NCBI GenBank assembly: GCA_963851005.1
Contig: CAWKNI010000007.1
Span: forward strand, 1,630,904 to 1,694,903
Source: an uncultured delta proteobacterium
Lineage (GTDB): Bacteria; Desulfobacterota; Syntrophia; Syntrophales; Smithellaceae
Direction of reading: 5' to 3'
DNA length: 64,000 nucleotides
The translations under genes were made by a program, and so were the position numbers. Numbering within the stretch: position 1 is the stretch's first letter; the number at the start of each line of letters is the position of its first letter. Below the pieces are notes generated by a model. The model saw only the letters and a list, made by a program, of their open reading frames with translations. It was not told the DNA's origin and made no database searches. Below are positions 58,380-64,000 of the stretch, piece by piece.

Positions 58380-58776
58380 ACTGACGATAGCCGCTTGTTT
58401 TCCATTAATATTATCCACTTATCATAAGTAGTGAACCATTTATATTCTCTGATTGATGTTTTTTTAAAAAGAGGTATAATAGCAACTAAATAAACGAATT
58501 TTTATTCCTGTTATTATTATTTCCTTCTCTGATTTATGTTGAAATTCAACGGCATTAAATGATTTCAAAATAGATATTCTCATCACGATATTGTTTTTTA
58601 ACCTTTTTCATTTGCTTTAAGTCGGATTTTGCAATAGTGCCGTTTATATAATTCTAATTCTGTTTTTTTTACATTGATCGTTTAATGAACTGCTTGCGTT
58701 ATTTGTTATTATCGGCTGAAAAGCTGGTGTGAAACGTTTTTTCTTTTAAACTCGTTAACAAGAAAGGAGAAGGATT

Positions 58777-58983
58777 ATGGCCAGCATTTATAAAGTCATC
58801 GAAATTATCGGGGGCAGTGAAAAATCATGGGAAGACGCTGCTAAAAAAGCTGTTGAAACGGCTGCAAAAAGTCTGAAGGAAATAAGGGTTGCGGAAGTCA
58901 AAGAACTCGATATGCGAGTTGAAGCAGGCAAAGTAGTAGAATATCGAGTGAAAATGAGAGTATCGTTTAAGTATACTCCTTAG
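58777..58983 (+). CDS. Dodecin-family flavin-binding protein
   Basis: 68 aa. YKVIEIIGGSEKSWEDAAKKAVETAAKSLKEIRVAEV...YRVKMRVSFK is the typical dodecin pattern. Confidence 0.85.
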   Translation: MASIYKVIEIIGGSEKSWEDAAKKAVETAAKSLKEIRVAEVKELDMRVEAGKVVEYRVKMRVSFKYTP

Positions 58984-59266
58984 TAGACTTTCAGCTCTTA
59001 AGCGTCAGTGTCGCGCCGAACGCGGAAGATAATCCATAATTAACTCCTTTACAGCGGCGGAAATATTTCCGCCGCTTGCGAGGATAGGGCTGTGCGGTGG
59101 AGCCCCGCCGACAGGAGTCGGCGGCCCCAAAATCTCCCTTCGGCTCAAAGAGCCGAAGGATACTTATGCGACATCCCGTAGTAGAAGGCGCATTCATTCC
59201 CGGACAAAATCGGGAGCCTTCTGCGTAGTGGGTAAATCATAATTTTGTCATTGTCGAGGGGAAAAG

Positions 59267-59722
59267 CTAATAGATGCCCATCTGACAGCCGCCGGCAATC
59301 GTAGCGCCCAATTCATGGCATTGACGTATAATTTCTTCCGTAATGGCGCCCTTGGCGATAACCGGCTGATAAACGGTTTTGAATTTATAGCCCAGAGCGA
59401 TGCGTTCGACTGCTCTTAGCGCTCCTGTTCCGTCGTTTCCCGCGCTGATGAAAACGACAAAAGGTTTGCGGAAAGCTTTTTCCTGCGCGTCGTAATAAGT
59501 GCGGTCAAAAAAATCCTTCACCATCCCGGACATGTAACCGAAATTTTCCGGCGTGCCGAGAGCAAATCCGTCAGCCGTCAAAAGATCTTCCAGTGTGGCA
59601 TCCACTGCCTTCTTCAAAATTACTTCCACGCTCTCAATGGATTTCGCTCCTTCGGCTATGGCATTTGCCATCTTTTCGGTTTTTCCTGTCTGAGAATGAT
59701 AAACGATTAATATTTTAGCCAT
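59267..59722 (-). CDS. Flavodoxin-fold FMN protein (WrbA/flavodoxin-like)
   Basis: KILIVYHSQTGKTEKMA is the FMN phosphate loop; 151 aa. Confidence 0.75.
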   Translation of the reverse strand: MAKILIVYHSQTGKTEKMANAIAEGAKSIESVEVILKKAVDATLEDLLTADGFALGTPENFGYMSGMVKDFFDRTYYDAQEKAFRKPFVVFISAGNDGTGALRAVERIALGYKFKTVYQPVIAKGAITEEIIRQCHELGATIAGGCQMGIY

Positions 59723-59799
59723 TATTTTCCCGCCAAATTATTAGTGATGATATATTAAAATATAAATGGCCGTCAATGATATTCTCAGTATGTAATACT

Positions 59800-59960
59800 G
59801 GATTACCCAGTCAAGAGACTGTGTCATAATTAACTTTTATGTCATTTCGAAGCGAAGCGAGAAATCTTGTTTTTAAGATTTCCACTCCGTCTGAGAGACT
59901 GCTCACAATGACATTTTTTCTATTATGACACAGTCTCCAAGCCGGGTAATGACAGAGTGG
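59800..59960. repeat. REP hairpin carrying a nested small inverted-repeat element
   Basis: ctggattacccagtcaag [gagactgtgtcataat ...~100 bp... attatgacacagtctc] caagccgggtaatgac. The uninterrupted hairpin type is seen at 56981-57012. Confidence 0.55.
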
Positions 59961-60059
59961 ATGATTTTATACAGGTGGCAATGACAAAGAGTAATAATTT
60001 GTTCTTGATATTTATGGCTATTTGGCTATATTGCCAAACAACATAATGGAGAGATCAAA

Positions 60060-60392
60060 ATGAAAAGCATGGTAAAAACTCGGCATGAAGCGCGGGCAAA
60101 AATCATCAAGGCTATGGCGCATCCCAGCAGGCTGTTTATCATTGAGGAACTAAGCAAGCATGAACGCTGCGTCAATAAACTGACCGAAATGATCGGAGCC
60201 GATGCTTCGACAGTTTCCAAACATTTGAGCATTTTAAAAAATGCCGGTTTGGTGGCCGATGAAAAAAGGGGAAATTCAATTTTCTACAGTCTGCGTTGCC
60301 CTTGCATCATGGACTTTTTCGGCTGCGTGGAAGATATATTGTCGGCCAACGCTAAGGAACACAATAAAATTGTAAAATCTTATAAAAGATAA
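60060..60392 (+). CDS. arsR: ArsR/SmtB-family metalloregulator
   Basis: KAMAHPSRLFIIEELSKHERCVNKLTEMIGADASTVSKHLSILKNAGLV is a winged HTH with a Cys in the metal site. Confidence 0.85.
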   Translation: MKSMVKTRHEARAKIIKAMAHPSRLFIIEELSKHERCVNKLTEMIGADASTVSKHLSILKNAGLVADEKRGNSIFYSLRCPCIMDFFGCVEDILSANAKEHNKIVKSYKR

Positions 60393-60405
60393 TTAAAGGA
60401 AATTT

Positions 60406-61446
60406 ATGTCAGAACATGTCGCAGATAAATTGTCGTTTCTGGATCGTTTTTTAACTCTATGGATTTTCACAGCCATGATTCTGGGTGTCGGGTTTGGTTA
60501 TTTTATTCCCGGCGTGGAAAGTTTCATTAATAAATTTCAGGCGGGAACAACCAATATTCCCATTGCGGTGGGCCTAATTTTGATGATGTATCCGCCTTTT
60601 GCCAAGGTAAAATACGAGGATTTGCCGGAAGTATTCCATAACGGGAAAGTACTGGGACTTTCACTTGTCCAAAACTGGCTGATCGGACCGATCTTGATGT
60701 TCATTCTGGCGATTGTGTTTTTACCAGATAAGCCTGAATACATGGTGGGCTTGATCATGATTGGCCTGGCACGCTGCATCGCGATGGTCATTGTCTGGAA
60801 TGAACTGGCAAAAGGCAACAGAGAATATGCCGCCGGCCTTGTTGCTTTCAACAGTATTTTTCAGGTTCTTTTTTATAGCGCTTTCGCCTGGTTTTTTATT
60901 ACTGTCCTGCCGCCCTATTTTGGATTTTCCGGCAGCATCGTTGAGGTTAGTATCGCACAAATCGCAAAAAGTGTTTTCATCTATCTGGGTATTCCCTGCA
61001 TTGCCGGGGCATTAACGCGATTTATCGGCGTAAGGCACATGGGAAAAGAGAGGTATCATTCGCGCTTTGTACCGCTGATCTCGCCGCTCACACTTATAGC
61101 GCTTCTTTTCACCATCGTAGTAATGTTCAGTCTGAAGGGCAATTTGATTATTACGCTACCTCTCGATGTCTTGCGAATCGCTATCCCGCTTCTCATCTAT
61201 TTTGTGGTTATGTTTTTAGTGTCGTTCTATCTGGGGAAAAAAATGGGCGCAGATTACTCCAAAACAACAACACTGGCTTTCACCGCAGCGAGCAACAATT
61301 TTGAGCTGGCGATTGCTGTGGCCATTGCCGTTTTCGGCATTAATTCAGGCGCGGCCTTTGCCGCAGTTATCGGCCCTCTGGTTGAGGTACCGGTTATGAT
61401 CGCTCTGGTAAATGTGGCTTTAAAATTTAGAAAGAATTTTTTTTAA
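60406..61446 (+). CDS. acr3: ACR3-family arsenite efflux permease
   Basis: 346 aa with [13 protein letters not shown] and [13 protein letters not shown] (conserved Cys) across 10 TM segments. Confidence 0.88.
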   Translation: MSEHVADKLSFLDRFLTLWIFTAMILGVGFGYFIPGVESFINKFQAGTTNIPIAVGLILMMYPPFAKVKYEDLPEVFHNGKVLGLSLVQNWLIGPILMFILAIVFLPDKPEYMVGLIMIGLARCIAMVIVWNELAKGNREYAAGLVAFNSIFQVLFYSAFAWFFITVLPPYFGFSGSIVEVSIAQIAKSVFIYLGIPCIAGALTRFIGVRHMGKERYHSRFVPLISPLTLIALLFTIVVMFSLKGNLIITLPLDVLRIAIPLLIYFVVMFLVSFYLGKKMGADYSKTTTLAFTAASNNFELAIAVAIAVFGINSGAAFAAVIGPLVEVPVMIALVNVALKFRKNFF

Positions 61447-61481
61447 AGATGAGATATAGAAAAACACTATGAGGATATATC

Positions 61482-61592
61482 AATCCCGCGGTTTGGAATC
61501 CACCGGCTTCAGCCGGGGGAGGAATGCGGTGTAATCCGCGGGAGGTCGCGTTATTTTGGGGAGCCTGCGGCTCCCGCCGGAGGAGGCTCCAC
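61482..61592. repeat. Composite REP-like units abutting the start codon of the next gene
   Basis: 61482-61553 matches 17108-17182. 61557-61592 (ggggagcctgcggctcccgccggaggaggctccac) ends 3 nt before the ATG at 61596. Confidence 0.8.
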
Positions 61593-61595
61593 TAA

Positions 61596-62636
61596 ATGAT
61601 CATAAAAGATCTCATAAAAAAAAATCGCAACCTTATTACAATCGCGCTTTCACTAATCGGCATCGGTATTATGGCGTATTACGACTACTGCGACTCGGCA
61701 TGCAGTTATCTGAAAGGTGATATCTGGGGCATTGATCTCAAATGGGTCGGCATTGCTTATATGACGGCTATCATTGTCTTCGCCACTTTCAGACAATCTT
61801 CTTTTGTGAGGGCGCTTTTGGCCGCGGGCATAGGCGTGGAAATCCATCTCTACACTTTTCAGATACAACATGACGTTTATTGTCCCTTTTGTCTTGCATT
61901 TTCGGTAATATTGATTTTATCATTTATAATTAACTACGAAGTTCCCTCCACGTGGCGTGAAAACCGCCGCCGGATGTGGCTATATTTTCTAGGGGAGGTT
62001 GATTTTCCTATGTTCAAGATTAATAAACTGCCATTGTTATTTTTTAGTTTGTTGGGATATTTAACTATTTTATTTACTTTTTCCGGTTCGGTCGCACCGG
62101 CCTACGGGCAGGACGCTATCAATAGCGTCCCAACTCTGGGCAAAGGAACATATGAAATTACTATATTTGCTGACTATTTCTGTCCGCCCTGCAAACGTAT
62201 TGATACAAAAGCAGAACCTTTATTGAAGGAATTGCTGGCTACCGGCCAGGTAAACCTAACATTCGTTGATGTTCCCTTTCATAGCGCCACACCTATTTAC
62301 GCAAAGTATTACCTTTACGCGGCAAATGCCGAATCTGACACTGACAACATTCTTCATGTTCGCAAAATGCTTTTTGACGCGGCACAGGCCAAACACATCC
62401 AGACGGAGAAAGCTCTGGTTGCTTATCTGAAAGAACAGAAAATTTCATGGAAAATAATGGACGAAAAATCTATTTTCGTAAAGCTCAGCACCATCATTAA
62501 AGAAAATAATGTCAAAGCCACGCCCACCTGCGTCATCAGGTATTCAATCACGGATGTTAAAAAATTAGTTGGTGATGACGAAATTTGGAATGGGCTGGCT
62601 GCATTGAAGACTCATATATCAGCAGTAAAGAAGTAA
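61596..62636 (+). CDS. VKOR-like membrane domain fused to a DsbA/thioredoxin-like domain
   Basis: The N-terminal 4-TM part carries CDSAC and CPFC. The C-terminal soluble part carries FADYFCPPCKRID (CxxC). Confidence 0.6.
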   Translation: MIIKDLIKKNRNLITIALSLIGIGIMAYYDYCDSACSYLKGDIWGIDLKWVGIAYMTAIIVFATFRQSSFVRALLAAGIGVEIHLYTFQIQHDVYCPFCLAFSVILILSFIINYEVPSTWRENRRRMWLYFLGEVDFPMFKINKLPLLFFSLLGYLTILFTFSGSVAPAYGQDAINSVPTLGKGTYEITIFADYFCPPCKRIDTKAEPLLKELLATGQVNLTFVDVPFHSATPIYAKYYLYAANAESDTDNILHVRKMLFDAAQAKHIQTEKALVAYLKEQKISWKIMDEKSIFVKLSTIIKENNVKATPTCVIRYSITDVKKLVGDDEIWNGLAALKTHISAVKK

Positions 62637-62769
62637 TCTCCGAAGAAGCGGCAATTGCTTTCGACCAGTTTTTTGCCTCTGGGCAAAAACTGCATTGCTT
62701 TGCCCATGACCTTTCCACATCAATACAAATGTGAGGAGGGATCGATATTGCTGAAAGAGATATAGGAAA

Positions 62770-63975
62770 ATGAGCTTAAGGGGGAAAATCGCTGAATTTT
62801 TCGGCCTGAAAAAAAGCATGGTGGCCTTGCTCGCCATGGTCATTCTGGTCGGCCTGGGAGAAAAAATGGCCGAACGCTTTTTGCCGATTTACCTTATGGC
62901 ACTGGGCGGTGGCGCAATCACCATCGGCCTGCTTAATGCCATGACCAATCTTCTTTCCGCACTCTATTCCTTCCCCGGCGGCTATTTGAGCGACCGTCTA
63001 GGCTACAAAAAAGCGTTGCTTGTTTTCAACCTTATTGCCTTGTTTGGTTACACCATTGTAATTTTCTTTCCCTACTGGCAGGCAGTGCTTGTCGGCGCAA
63101 TATTTTTCCTTTCCTGGTCGGCAATATCGCTTCCCGCGACCATGAGCCTTGTTTCCCGCGTCTTGCCGCCGGATAAACGCACCATGGGCGTTTCACTGCA
63201 TTCGCTTGTCCGGCGTCTGCCAATGGCACTGGGACCAATTATAGGCGGAGTTTTAATCGGCATCTATGGAGAAAAATCGGGCGTGCGACTGGCCTTCGTG
63301 GGGGCTTTCCTTCTGGGTATCGTTTCCCTTCTGCTGCAGCAAATTATGATCGAGGATGATAAAGGCGCGGGGGGGAAAGCGGAGAAGCGTCCTTCACGCC
63401 TCTGGCGGTTCATGAACCCCTCACTGCGCAATTTGCTTGTTTCCGATATTCTTATCCGTTTTGCCGAACAGATTCCTTATGCCTTTGTGGTTGTCTGGTG
63501 CATAAAATATAATGGCATCACTGCTACCGAATTTGGAATTCTTACCGCTATTGAAATGACTACAGCCTTGTTGATCTATTTGCCGGTGGCCTATATGGCC
63601 GACCGTTCCGCGAAAAAACCTTTCGTCGTAATTACTTTTTTCAATTTTACTATTTTCCCGCTGGTCATTTTTTTTGCGCACTCTTTCTGGATGATGGTTG
63701 CGGCTTTTATAATCCGCGGTCTCAAGGAATTTGGCGAACCGACGCGCAAAGCGTTGATTATGGATCTGGCGCCGGAAAACAAAAAGGCCGGAATGTTTGG
63801 ATTATACTATTTGATTCGTGATATTATTGTCTCCATCGGCGCTTTTGGCGGAGCCTTTCTCTGGCAAATGTCGCCAGAGATAAACTTCTTTACTGCCTTC
63901 GCTTGCGGACTTATTGGGACTATATATTTCTGGATATTCGGGAAAGGTCTTGTTTCTTCAGCATTGGGAAACTAA
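62770..63975 (+). CDS. MFS transporter
   Basis: 401 aa with about 12 TM segments and GYLSDRLGYKK (the MFS motif A region). Confidence 0.8.
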   Translation: MSLRGKIAEFFGLKKSMVALLAMVILVGLGEKMAERFLPIYLMALGGGAITIGLLNAMTNLLSALYSFPGGYLSDRLGYKKALLVFNLIALFGYTIVIFFPYWQAVLVGAIFFLSWSAISLPATMSLVSRVLPPDKRTMGVSLHSLVRRLPMALGPIIGGVLIGIYGEKSGVRLAFVGAFLLGIVSLLLQQIMIEDDKGAGGKAEKRPSRLWRFMNPSLRNLLVSDILIRFAEQIPYAFVVVWCIKYNGITATEFGILTAIEMTTALLIYLPVAYMADRSAKKPFVVITFFNFTIFPLVIFFAHSFWMMVAAFIIRGLKEFGEPTRKALIMDLAPENKKAGMFGLYYLIRDIIVSIGAFGGAFLWQMSPEINFFTAFACGLIGTIYFWIFGKGLVSSALGN

Positions 63976-64000
63976 ATTTCACATCTCAACAAAAGTGGAG

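Noticed and set aside
58380-58776. A 400-bp AT-rich gap upstream of dodecin, considered as a possible FMN riboswitch or ncRNA
   Set aside because: I could not see any conserved FMN-riboswitch core or convincing stem structure, so it is more likely an AT-rich promoter region. A covariance-model scan would settle it.
1-64000. tRNA, rRNA, tmRNA and RNase P genes
   Set aside because: Intergenic regions were scanned by eye for T-loop (GGTTCGAATCC-like) and other conserved cores, and none was found. A tRNAscan/Infernal run would be needed to exclude them formally.

Overview
This 64-kb bacterial chromosomal window mixes central and fatty-acid metabolism genes with a long, mobile-element-riddled glycan locus and one AT-rich accessory island. 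The gene set suggests an anaerobic Desulfobacterota/deltaproteobacterium-like fatty-acid oxidiser, but that is inference only. Housekeeping genes include acyl-CoA dehydrogenase, an S1-domain protein, an aminotransferase, GTP-PEPCK, pyruvate phosphate dikinase, FolD, thiolase, iPGM, crotonase and acyl-CoA ligase. There are also dodecin and flavodoxin genes and an ArsR-ACR3 pair. The LPS/polysaccharide-modification locus spans about 17.3-44.7 kb. It carries GT9, GT2, GT4 and CgeB-like glycosyltransferases, acyltransferase-3 proteins, SGNH hydrolases, Zn-ribbon methyltransferases and a carbamoyltransferase-SxtJ-DUF5989 module. Mobile or repeated DNA in the window: (1) an IS21 element nested in the transposase of an IS1595-family element; that IS1595 element carries a DUF3800 passenger gene and itself splits a methyltransferase gene. 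(2) A roughly 129-bp MITE-like repeat, with four full copies and one partial copy. (3) An ORF-less group II intron relic. (4) Several families of GC-rich REP-like hairpins that fill most intergenic spaces. The best candidate for an undescribed system is the tightly packed operon at 53.4-56.9 kb, next to a HigB/HigA-like toxin-antitoxin pair. It encodes a GHKL (MORC/MutL-like) ATPase, an uncharacterised 327-aa protein and a C5 cytosine methyltransferase, with no recognisable endonuclease. A second candidate is an orphan 825-aa protein with a PD-(D/E)xK-like motif and a SEC-C zinc motif. No rRNA, tRNA or CRISPR array was seen. All functional calls rest on reading motifs in the supplied translations; no database search was run.
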